DNA of 19,146 nt from a virus, in the UHGV virus genome UHGV-1607510; one strand, 5' to 3'. Each line of letters starts with the position of its first letter. Position 1 is the stretch's first letter. The notes under the pieces are model-generated. The model saw only the letters and a program-made list of their open reading frames with translations. It did not search any database and was not told the DNA's origin. The position numbers and the translations under genes were made by a program. Shown here in pieces: positions 8,126 to 14,412 of this stretch.

Positions 8126-8135
8126 ATGTAAGTAT
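8103..8135 (+). promoter_or_regulatory. pRE-like CII-activated promoter
   Basis: Plus-strand TTGCgagtacTTGT (TTGC-N6-TTGT) lies in cII codons 3-8, followed 12 nt later by TAAGTAT. The spacing and -10 match lambda pRE (TTGCGTTTGTTTGC then CATATGTAAGTAT) as recalled. Confidence 0.5.
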
Positions 8136-8184
8136 TTCCTTAACAAATAAGAAGTTATGCGCATCAAATTATGCGCGTTGTATT

Positions 8185-8227
8185 CCCGCATTTCGGCGGG
8201 AATGAGGACCATGACTGTTAAAGAGCG
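8185..8227 (-). promoter_or_regulatory. nutR site (boxA CGCTCTTTAACA plus boxB hairpin CCCGC-CGAAAT-GCGGG)
   Basis: Minus-strand sequence between the cro stop and cII start: CGCTCTTTAACA-gtcatggtcctcatt-CCCGCCGAAATGCGGG. The boxB is identical to the one upstream of N. Confidence 0.65.
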
Positions 8228-8233
8228 GTGTTA

Positions 8234-8428
8234 CTATTTGTTTTTCTTGTTGCTTGGGAAAGGACGAACTTCCTCTCCAATCACACTGCCATCAGGCTTT
8301 ACCGTAACCATGATGTTACGGCCTGCCAGAATGGCCTTGCTGATAGCGCACTGGATTACACCAAAGTCACTGGCTGCTTTAGCCTGTCCATGGATTTTGG
8401 CGTAATCGGCAAGTGTCATTCGAATCAT
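8234..8428 (-). CDS. cro: Cro repressor (lambda-Cro fold)
   Basis: 64-aa product [64 protein letters not shown] from ATG 8428 (GGAGAG with a 5-nt spacer). Aligns with lambda Cro ([59 protein letters not shown]). Confidence 0.8.
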   Translation of the reverse strand: MIRMTLADYAKIHGQAKAASDFGVIQCAISKAILAGRNIMVTVKPDGSVIGEEVRPFPSNKKNK

Positions 8429-8457
8429 ATGCACTCTCCGTTATTAACCATGAACAA

Positions 8458-8499
8458 AGAATACTACAGGTATTCAAAGCAATCAATACTCAGGGTATT
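8458..8499 (-). promoter_or_regulatory. PR promoter with operators OR1 and OR2
   Basis: Minus-strand -35 TTGATT (8486..8481), 17-bp spacer, -10 TATTCT (8463..8458). OR1 AATACTACAGGTATT at 8460-8474 overlaps the -10; OR2 AATACTCAGGGTATT at 8485-8499 overlaps the -35. Centre-to-centre spacing is 25 bp. Confidence 0.6.
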
Positions 8500-8534
8500 T
8501 TTAGTTTAAGTACCTTAGCTATTAGAATTAAGCT
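8500..8534 (+). promoter_or_regulatory. PRM-like promoter for a leaderless cI mRNA, with possible OR3
   Basis: -10-like TAGAAT at 8523-8528, 7 nt before the cI ATG, with no Shine-Dalgarno. A degenerate operator-like AGTACCTTAGCTATT lies at 8509-8523. This is the lambda PRM arrangement. Confidence 0.45.
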
Positions 8535-9251
8535 ATGGAAAATAAAAAATCACTGACGACAGAACAGCTGGAAGACGCTAAGCGGCTTAAGGCTTTGTAT
8601 GAGTCAAAAAAGAAAGAATTGGGAATAACCCAATACTCAATCGCTGATGAACTGGGTATCACCCAAGGAGCGGTAGGGCATTATCTTAATGGCAGAAATG
8701 CGCTAAACGTTGAGGTTGCATCTGGTTTTGCACGATTGTTGCAAGTCTCAATTGCTGATTTTAGCCAGTCAATTGCTGCCAAGGTTGCAGAACAGGCAGA
8801 AAGCCTTAAGAGCGATGCCAACGTAAGGTATGCAGGGGAATACAGAGCAGGAAAGAGGTATCCGGTGTTAAGCAGTATCCAGGCTGGCTCGTGGTGTGAA
8901 GCATGCGAACCATACACCATTAAAGACATAGATGTTTGGCTTGAGTCTGACGCGCATATTCAAGGTAATGCGTTCTGGCTTAAAGTGGAAGGTGATTCAA
9001 TGACGGCACCGGTTGGGTTAAGCATTCCAGAGGGAACATTCGTTCTTTTCGATACCGGAAGGGAGGCAATCAACGGCAGCTTGGTCATAGCAAAACTTTC
9101 TGACTCTAACGAAGCAACATTCAAGAAGCTGATAATCGACGGCGGAAATAAATACCTCAAGGGACTTAATCCTGCATGGCCTCTCGTGCCAATCAATGGA
9201 AACTGCAAGATTATAGGCGTTGCAATTGAGACAAAACTCAGACTGGTTTGA
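8535..9251 (+). CDS. cI: CI prophage repressor (HTH plus S24 LexA-like autopeptidase domain)
   Basis: 238-aa ORF with HTH (ITQYSIADELGITQGAVGHYLNG), Ala-Gly cleavage site (SIQAGSW), catalytic Ser (VEGDSMTAPVG) and Lys (ATFKKLI). Collinear with lambda CI (TQEQLEDARRLKAIYEKKK...). Confidence 0.9.
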   Translation: MENKKSLTTEQLEDAKRLKALYESKKKELGITQYSIADELGITQGAVGHYLNGRNALNVEVASGFARLLQVSIADFSQSIAAKVAEQAESLKSDANVRYAGEYRAGKRYPVLSSIQAGSWCEACEPYTIKDIDVWLESDAHIQGNAFWLKVEGDSMTAPVGLSIPEGTFVLFDTGREAINGSLVIAKLSDSNEATFKKLIIDGGNKYLKGLNPAWPLVPINGNCKIIGVAIETKLRLV

Positions 9252-9268
9252 TCACGCAAGGGGCGAAT

Positions 9269-9637
9269 ATGGTTGGAACCGCTATAGCAAGCTTTTTAGG
9301 GATGTTGGCAATATCGACAATTTACTGCTTAGCGCATGCTTTTATTGCGAAATCTCTATCAGAAAAAATAAGCCAGGCTTGGGCGCATAGATCAGCTCGT
9401 TTCATGATTCTGGTGATCATAGCAATACAAGGGATATCTGCATTTATCCTCTATGGATCAAGCTTATACCTATTGTATCAAGGCGCGACATTTACGCCTT
9501 ACACCAGTGATTACGGAACCCTATACGATGGTAGTGAAGACATCTCTATGGCTTGGATCGTCTTTGGTTTATCTATGGCCGTGTCTGTTGTAGCAGACAT
9601 CATTAAGGTAATTCTCGTCTTAACCTTCGCTGACTAA
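9269..9637 (+). CDS. Small integral membrane protein (122 aa, 3 predicted TM helices) downstream of cI
   Basis: ATG 9269 with AAGGGG RBS (5-nt spacer), 17 nt after the cI stop. Hydrophobic segments VGTAIASFLGMLAISTIYCLAHAFIA, FMILVIIAIQGISAFILYGSSLYLLY and AWIVFGLSMAVSVVADIIKVILVLTF. The track start (TTG at 9248) overlaps the cI stop and is less likely. Confidence 0.6.
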   Translation: MVGTAIASFLGMLAISTIYCLAHAFIAKSLSEKISQAWAHRSARFMILVIIAIQGISAFILYGSSLYLLYQGATFTPYTSDYGTLYDGSEDISMAWIVFGLSMAVSVVADIIKVILVLTFAD

Positions 9638-9769
9638 CCCATAATCCCGGAAGCAATAGCTATCGGGATCCACTTCACATATCCCGCATAAAAAGCACTG
9701 AACAAGCAGACACCGAAAAAAATAAATATCCTTTGTATTCATTTGTTTATCATTATTTCATCAAAAATA

Positions 9770-9811
9770 AATACCTTGGGTATTTACACAATAAAATACC
9801 TACAGTATTCT
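9770..9811 (+). promoter_or_regulatory. PL promoter with operators OL2 and OL1
   Basis: -35 TTTACA (9783-9788), 17-bp spacer, -10 TATTCT (9806-9811). OL2 AATACCTTGGGTATT at 9770-9784 and OL1 AATACCTACAGTATT at 9795-9809, spaced 25 bp as at OR. A degenerate third site AATATCCTTTGTATT lies at 9725-9739. Confidence 0.6.
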
Positions 9812-9857
9812 TTAGCCATCAGCAGGACGCTGGTAGCCAAACGGAACAGATTGGCAG

Positions 9858-9897
9858 GCTCTTTAACATTGATGGGATTGTCCCGCCGAAATGCGGG
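9858..9897 (+). promoter_or_regulatory. nutL site (boxA GCTCTTTAACA plus boxB CCCGCCGAAATGCGGG)
   Basis: boxA at 9858-9868 matches the rrn/lambdoid boxA consensus. boxB at 9882-9897 is identical to the nutR boxB. Located between PL and the N-like gene. Confidence 0.7.
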
Positions 9898-10005
9898 AAC
9901 CAAAGAGTAGTTGGCTTTGGGGTGACGTGAAGTGCAGATGCACGACGGCAACCGGAAGATAAGCACCCGGCGCGTCACCGCCAAAGTCAATCATCGGAGG
10001 TCAAC

Positions 10006-10278
10006 ATGACAGTAGTCATTACATATCTGGCTGACGATAACGCCAGAAATCGCCGCAGAGCACGCAGACAGGCTCAACGTGAACAGGCAATGCAAGAACA
10101 GCGACTGGCGCGAAAGATTGCGCTAAAGCTCTCTGGTTGCGTCAGAGCAGATAAAGCAGCATCACTCGGAAGCCTTCGCTGCAAGAAGGCAGATGAATGC
10201 AGTGGAAGTATTTGCCTGCCAAACGTAGCCATTTACGCGGCAGGCTACCGGAAATCAAAACAACTGACAGCCAGGTAA
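10006..10278 (+). CDS. N-like transcription antiterminator (P22 gene 24 type)
   Basis: 90-aa ORF with GGAGG RBS and an N-terminal arginine-rich motif (NARNRRRARRQAQREQ). First gene after PL-nutL. The C-terminus VAIYAAGYRKSKQLTAR resembles P22 gp24 as recalled. Confidence 0.75.
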   Translation: MTVVITYLADDNARNRRRARRQAQREQAMQEQRLARKIALKLSGCVRADKAASLGSLRCKKADECSGSICLPNVAIYAAGYRKSKQLTAR

Positions 10279-10281
10279 GTG

Positions 10282-10506
10282 ATGAATCAGACATACATTC
10301 CATCATGCTTGAGAAATCTGCCAAAGCAGAAAGCAAAGCCCCGCAAGCAAGCCATAAAGGACGCTAAGGCAGAGGTTATTGATCAAGCAATACAATTGCT
10401 CAGGGAGGAGTTAAGAAGTGGCAAGCTCGAAGGAATGATGATGCCCTATCAGCGCGGATATCTATCGGCGATTAGTAAGTTGGAAGTATTGAAGAGTGAA
10501 TTATGA
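10282..10506 (+). CDS. Hypothetical small helical, Lys-rich protein (74 aa)
   Basis: ATG 10282 directly after the N stop. Product MNQTYIPSCLRNLPKQKAKPRKQAIKDAKAEVIDQAIQLLREELRSGKLEGMMMPYQRGYLSAISKLEVLKSEL. Stop overlaps the next start (ATGA). Confidence 0.5.
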   Translation: MNQTYIPSCLRNLPKQKAKPRKQAIKDAKAEVIDQAIQLLREELRSGKLEGMMMPYQRGYLSAISKLEVLKSEL

Positions 10507-11039
10507 ACTATCTGGAATTTCCGGATGGTTCATTGTTTTGGCAGCAAACCACTTATTTGAGGCGAGATATGAGAAAATCATGGAACGTACCTTTTCCTGA
10601 ATCAGAAACTGAACATGATGGAATGCCTGTTTTCTGGAGATTCCAGGCGACAGTTGAAGAAGATGGAATCAAAATATTCGCACTTCAATATATAGCTTTT
10701 CATCAGACAGAGCATTATGCATGGTTGGTTCCTGCGCATTGGATTGTTGATTTTAAACCAGCACCAAATCAGTGGTTACGGGAATGGAAACAAAGGATAA
10801 ATAGATATGCAATTAAGAAAGTAGCAAAAAATGCAGAAAGATCTTTTGCATTCCCAACGAAGAAACTTGCCATTGAGAGCTTATTGCGCCGGAAGAAATA
10901 CCATTTAATAAGAATCAAACAAGATTTGGCTGTTGTATCAACTCTTGTTGATGGGATGAAGAATATTGATACATCAACACCAGATATTGAATATAATTTT
11001 GGACACAACCAAGAAACAGAAAATTGGGTATTCTACTAG
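10503..11039 (+). CDS. Hypothetical protein (178 aa), AT-rich gene
   Basis: ORF MNYLEFPDGSLFWQQTTYLRRDMRKSWNVPFPESETEHDGMPVFWRFQATVEEDGIKIFALQYIAFHQTEHYAWLVPAHW... The 3' half is visibly more AT-rich than the neighbouring phage genes. Followed by an intrinsic terminator. Confidence 0.6.
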   Translation: MNYLEFPDGSLFWQQTTYLRRDMRKSWNVPFPESETEHDGMPVFWRFQATVEEDGIKIFALQYIAFHQTEHYAWLVPAHWIVDFKPAPNQWLREWKQRINRYAIKKVAKNAERSFAFPTKKLAIESLLRRKKYHLIRIKQDLAVVSTLVDGMKNIDTSTPDIEYNFGHNQETENWVFY

Positions 11040-11064
11040 GCCGCATAGTCGGCCTTTATTTTTG
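11038..11064 (+). terminator. Intrinsic terminator after the 178-aa ORF
   Basis: AGGCCG-CATAGT-CGGCCT followed by TTATTTTTGG. Confidence 0.5.
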
Positions 11065-11085
11065 GCATAAACAACAGAGGCTAAC

Positions 11086-11382
11086 ATGGAATTTAAAGGT
11101 ACTGAAGGTAAGTGGGAAATAATGATGGACGGCGATGAGATTAAAATCATCCAGGCAGACTCTCTTGAAAATGGCACAGGCTGGCGTTCGTATATTGCAA
11201 TCTGTGAGGAAGTTCAATGCATTGAAGATGCCAATCTAATAGCGGCAGCGCCTGACCTTCTCGAAGCACTTCAGTTATTACTTAAGCAAACCAAAAATAG
11301 AACAACGACAACATATCCAGAATGGTATGGAGCTGTTAATAAAGGTCTCGCAGCAATCAGAAAAGCTCTTGGGGATAAGTAA
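11086..11382 (+). CDS. Hypothetical protein (98 aa) with an IAAAPDLLEAL motif
   Basis: ATG with AGAGG RBS. Product MEFKGTEGKWEIMMDGDEIKIIQADSLENGTGWRSYIAICEEVQCIEDANLIAAAPDLLEALQLLLKQTK... The motif resembles AEFIAAFNPKVALALLDE in the ORF at 17642-18109. Confidence 0.55.
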   Translation: MEFKGTEGKWEIMMDGDEIKIIQADSLENGTGWRSYIAICEEVQCIEDANLIAAAPDLLEALQLLLKQTKNRTTTTYPEWYGAVNKGLAAIRKALGDK

Positions 11383-11570
11383 TGAAAGTAAAAATAACTG
11401 CTTCTAATACCAGTTTTGTTAGTGTTGGTGATATTACAGACGTAATAACAAACCATGATGGAACACAAGTTATGTGGTCTGATTTTTGTAAAAGATATGA
11501 GCGAGTCACTTGGTGTAAACTCGTATGGGGCGTCGAATACGAAGAATTACCTGAAATGCATGGCGAATAA
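11382..11570 (+). CDS. Hypothetical small protein (62 aa)
   Basis: Start overlaps the previous stop (TAATG). Product MKVKITASNTSFVSVGDITDVITNHDGTQVMWSDFCKRYERVTWCKLVWGVEYEELPEMHGE. Confidence 0.45.
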   Translation: MKVKITASNTSFVSVGDITDVITNHDGTQVMWSDFCKRYERVTWCKLVWGVEYEELPEMHGE

Positions 11571-11665
11571 GCACTGTGTATTCATTCCAACGAGTGAATA
11601 CACGGAGCAATGTCGCTCGTAACTAAACAGGAGCCGACTTGTTCTGATTATTGGAAATCTTCTTT

Positions 11666-11693
11666 GCCCTCCAATGTGAGGGCAGTTTTTTTT
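11666..11693 (+). terminator. Intrinsic terminator immediately upstream of the coiled-coil gene
   Basis: GCCCTC-CAATGT-GAGGGC followed by AGTTTTTTTT. It ends 13 nt before the GGAGG RBS of the next gene. Confidence 0.6.
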
Positions 11694-11705
11694 GACGGAG
11701 GATAT

Positions 11706-12674
11706 ATGAGTGAAGTAACAGATTTAGTTGTTATTGAAAAAGCAAATGCAATGACTGTATTTCAGTCTGCCGACCAGATTGAAGAAATTCTCCAAAAGGT
11801 TGAACGTGAAGTTATGTCCTTTGTGCCTGATATCACAACGGCAAAGGGCAGAAAGGAGATCGCTTCTCTGGCGTATAAAGTTGCGCAGACGAAAACATAT
11901 CTCGATGGTCTTGGCAAAGACCTTGTTGCTGAACTGAAGGAAATTCCAAAGCTAATTGATGCCAACCGCAAGACAGTGCGTGATCGCCTTGATGAGCTGA
12001 AAGCCAAGGCACGCCAGCCTCTTACTGATTATGAGGAAGAACAGGCGCGGATTAAAGCCGAAGAAGAAGCTAAGGCAGCAGCTGAAGCTCTCGCAAAGCA
12101 AATTGAGTCTGACCATGAAATAGCGATTTTGATGGATCGAGAATTTGACCGCCAAAGAGAAGAGACAAGACTCAAAGCGGAGCAGGAAAAGCGAGAGCAT
12201 GAAGAACGCTTAAAAAGAGAAGCTGAAGAGAAAGCCAGAGCTGAAGCCGAAGCAAAGGCAAAAGCCGAAATTGAAGCAGCAGCAAGGCGAGAAGCAGAAG
12301 CTAAGGCAGCAGCGGAACGTGCAGAGCGTGAACGCATTGAAGCCGAGCAACGAGCACAGCGCGAAGCAAAAGAGGCAGCAGAACGAGCTGAAAGAGAAAA
12401 GCAGGCGGCAATTGAAGCAGAACGCAGAAAAGCACAGGAGGAGGCTGAACGAATCCGTCGCGAGGCTGAAGCAAAAGAGCAAGCCAGAATAGCAGAAGAA
12501 AAAAGAATCAAGGACGAAGAAGAGCGTAGAGCAAAGGATAAAGCTCACCGGAAAGAAGTAAATAACAAAATACTTGCTGACCTTATCAAGGTTGGCGCAT
12601 CAGAAGATGTTGCTAAAAATATCATAACAGCCATCGTAAAAGGCGAAGTATTCGCAACAAAAATAACCTACTAA
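11706..12674 (+). CDS. Coiled-coil protein with a long Glu/Ala/Lys/Arg-rich low-complexity repeat region (322 aa)
   Basis: ATG 11706 with GGAGG RBS. The track start at 11610 reads through the upstream terminator and is rejected. N-terminal globular part (MSEVTDLVVIEKANAMTVFQSADQIEEILQKVEREV...), then about 150 aa of EAEAKAKAE/AERAERE-type repeats, then a C-terminal tail. Confidence 0.65.
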   Translation: MSEVTDLVVIEKANAMTVFQSADQIEEILQKVEREVMSFVPDITTAKGRKEIASLAYKVAQTKTYLDGLGKDLVAELKEIPKLIDANRKTVRDRLDELKAKARQPLTDYEEEQARIKAEEEAKAAAEALAKQIESDHEIAILMDREFDRQREETRLKAEQEKREHEERLKREAEEKARAEAEAKAKAEIEAAARREAEAKAAAERAERERIEAEQRAQREAKEAAERAEREKQAAIEAERRKAQEEAERIRREAEAKEQARIAEEKRIKDEEERRAKDKAHRKEVNNKILADLIKVGASEDVAKNIITAIVKGEVFATKITY

Positions 12675-12698
12675 TAAAACCAACATAAGGAACCACCC

Positions 12699-12830
12699 AT
12701 GATTTACGCAATCGCGGGAGGCGCTCGCATGGGTGCCTTCCAACTAAATGAATCTTTACTTGAACGAATCACCCGTAAATTACGTGACGGATGGAAAAGA
12801 GTTGAGGTCTTATTATGCGCAATGAAATAG
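12699..12830 (+). CDS. cIII: CIII (FtsH-inhibitor) homologue
   Basis: Not in the track (43 aa). ATG 12699 with AAGGA RBS. Product MIYAIAGGARMGAFQLNESLLERITRKLRDGWKRVEVLLCAMK. The central region matches lambda CIII (ESLLERITRKLRDGWKRL) by recall. Confidence 0.7.
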   Translation: MIYAIAGGARMGAFQLNESLLERITRKLRDGWKRVEVLLCAMK

Positions 12831-12966
12831 CCATCAATCACCAGATGCTTCGTGCAGCACAGAACAAAGCAGTAATAGCCAGATTTATTGGTGATTCAAA
12901 AATGTGGATTGAAGCAAATAAAGCGATGAAATCAGCTATCAACCTTCCGTGGTATCGCAGGAAATG
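12814..12966 (+). CDS. Kil-like small protein (putative host division inhibitor)
   Basis: 50-aa ORF overlapping the cIII 3' end by 17 nt, with GAGG RBS. Product MRNEIAINHQMLRAAQNKAVIARFIGDSKMWIEANKAMKSAINLPWYRRK. The Kil assignment rests on position after cIII and a loosely remembered IATFIGDEKM-type motif. Confidence 0.45.
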
Positions 12967-13134
12967 AGTTTTACAGATAACTGGTCAGACGAAGAATTCA
13001 TTCGTCAGATGAAAGAATTAATCGGTAACGAAGGAGATATTCATGTCACTTGCAACCACAGTGAAGGAGAGCAAGTTACAGAGACGCATGTACACGCAGC
13101 AGGCGTTAATGTATCGCCAGAAGGGAGATCGTGA
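12963..13134 (+). CDS. Hypothetical small acidic protein (56 aa); Arf-like by position only
   Basis: ATG 12963 overlapping the previous stop (ATGA). Product MSFTDNWSDEEFIRQMKELIGNEGDIHVTCNHSEGEQVTETHVHAAGVNVSPEGRS. The track ORF starts upstream at 12949. Confidence 0.35.
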
Positions 13135-13221
13135 AGGTGTTCGCGTATTTTTAAATGCGGCAAAGACTGAAGTATTAAATCAGCGTTATTTCCTTGGGCC
13201 ATGTCCATTCTGAGGTGAATT

Positions 13222-13929
13222 ATGGATTTGAATAAATTCGATGAGCCATTCAGCCCTGAAGATATCGAATGGCGAATACAGCAAAGCGGTAAAACACGCG
13301 ATGGAAAGGTGTGGGCTATGGTGCTGGCTTATGTCACGAACAGGGCAATCATGAAACGCCTGGACGATGTTTGCGGCAAAGCAGGATGGCGCAATGAATA
13401 CCGCGATATTCCCAACAACGGAGGCGTTGAATGCGGCATATCAATCAGGATTGATTCCGAATGGGTAACCAAATGGGATGCTGCTGAAAACACGCAGGTA
13501 GAAGCCGTAAAAGGTGGTCGTTCCGGTGCAATGAAGCGCGCTGCCGTTCAGTGGGGAATCGGTCGGTATCTGTATAACATTGAGGAAGGTTTCGCACAAA
13601 CATCTCTCGATAAAAAGCAGGGATGGCACAGGGCAAAACTCAAGGATGGAACAGGATTTTACTGGCTCCCTCCATCGCTGCCGGGATGGGCAATCCCAGC
13701 ATCAGATAACAAACCATCACCAGAAAATACCAACCAGAAATCTCCATCGGTTGACTGCGAGCAAATCCTGAAAGACTTCAGCGATTATGCGTCAACAGAA
13801 ACTGACAAGAAAAAACTCATCGAGCGTTATCAGCGTGACTGGCAATTAATGGCTGGCAACGAGGAGGCGCAGGCTAAATGCGTTCAGGTAATGAACATCA
13901 GAGTTAACGAACTAAAACAGGCGGCATAA
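13222..13929 (+). CDS. Single-strand annealing protein (Rad52/Erf-type recombinase)
   Basis: 235-aa ORF with GAGGTG RBS. The core VEAVKGGRSGAMKRAAVQWGIGRYLYN resembles the conserved Rad52/Sak/Erf annealing-domain signature. Immediately followed by SSB. C-terminal tail ...TETDKKKLIERYQRDWQLMAGNEEAQAKCVQVMNIRVNELKQAA. Confidence 0.7.
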   Translation: MDLNKFDEPFSPEDIEWRIQQSGKTRDGKVWAMVLAYVTNRAIMKRLDDVCGKAGWRNEYRDIPNNGGVECGISIRIDSEWVTKWDAAENTQVEAVKGGRSGAMKRAAVQWGIGRYLYNIEEGFAQTSLDKKQGWHRAKLKDGTGFYWLPPSLPGWAIPASDNKPSPENTNQKSPSVDCEQILKDFSDYASTETDKKKLIERYQRDWQLMAGNEEAQAKCVQVMNIRVNELKQAA

Positions 13930-14403
13930 ATGGCAAGCAGAGGCGTAAATAAGGTGATCATTATTGGTCGCCTTGGGCATGATCCAGAAATCAGATATTC
14001 ACCATCAGGAACGGCATTTGCAAACCTTACCGTTGCTACGTCAGAACAATGGCGTGATAAGAAAACTGGAGAGCAAAAGGAGCAGACGGAGTGGCACCGC
14101 GTGGTAATGAGCGGGAAACTGGCAGAAATTGCCAGCGAATATCTGCGAAAAGGCTCTGAGGTTTATCTTGAAGGCAAATTGCGGACAAGAAAATGGCAGG
14201 ATCAAAGCGGACAGGATCGGTTCACTACCGAAGTCATCGTGGGCGTTGGTGGAACCATGCAAATGCTTGGTGGCAAGCAAGGAGGCAATGAACAGTCTTC
14301 ACCTCAGCGAAATAATGGTCAGCAACAAAGACAGCAACCTCAGCAGCAGGGGAATCACAGCGAACCACCTATGAACTTCGACGATTCGGATATTCCGTTC
14401 TAG
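13930..14403 (+). CDS. ssb: Single-stranded DNA-binding protein (SSB)
   Basis: 157-aa ORF with an OB-fold N-terminus ([44 protein letters not shown]), a Gly/Gln-rich linker and the acidic C-terminal tip DDSDIPF. Confidence 0.9.
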   Translation: MASRGVNKVIIIGRLGHDPEIRYSPSGTAFANLTVATSEQWRDKKTGEQKEQTEWHRVVMSGKLAEIASEYLRKGSEVYLEGKLRTRKWQDQSGQDRFTTEVIVGVGGTMQMLGGKQGGNEQSSPQRNNGQQQRQQPQQQGNHSEPPMNFDDSDIPF

Positions 14404-14412
14404 GAGCTGAAT

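Noticed and set aside
8157-8509. Plus-strand ORFs 8157-8405 and 8228-8509 across nutR, cro and OR
   Set aside because: They overlap cro and the operator/promoter region. The pRE transcript is expected to be antisense RNA here, not coding.
8681-9259. Minus-strand ORFs 8681-8929 and 8960-9259 inside cI
   Set aside because: cI is strongly supported (HTH, Ala-Gly site, Ser/Lys dyad); these are antisense shadows.
9733-9990. ORFs 9733-9930 (+) and 9784-9990 (-) in the cI-N intergenic region
   Set aside because: They overlap OL/PL and nutL boxA/boxB, which are better explained as regulatory RNA/DNA elements; no RBS.
11610-11705. 5' extension of the coiled-coil ORF as given in the track (start 11610, 354 aa)
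   Set aside because: The extension reads through an intrinsic terminator (11666-11693) and a 10-bp inverted repeat. The internal ATG at 11706 has a GGAGG RBS at ideal spacing.
12029-12548. Antisense ORFs 12029-12511 (160 aa, Ser/Ala-rich) and 12210-12548 (112 aa, Phe/Cys/Leu-rich), plus sense-strand alternate-frame ORF 12271-12492
   Set aside because: They are artefacts of the purine-rich low-complexity repeat encoding the EAK-rich coiled coil: compositionally biased, no RBS, and inconsistent with the operon direction.
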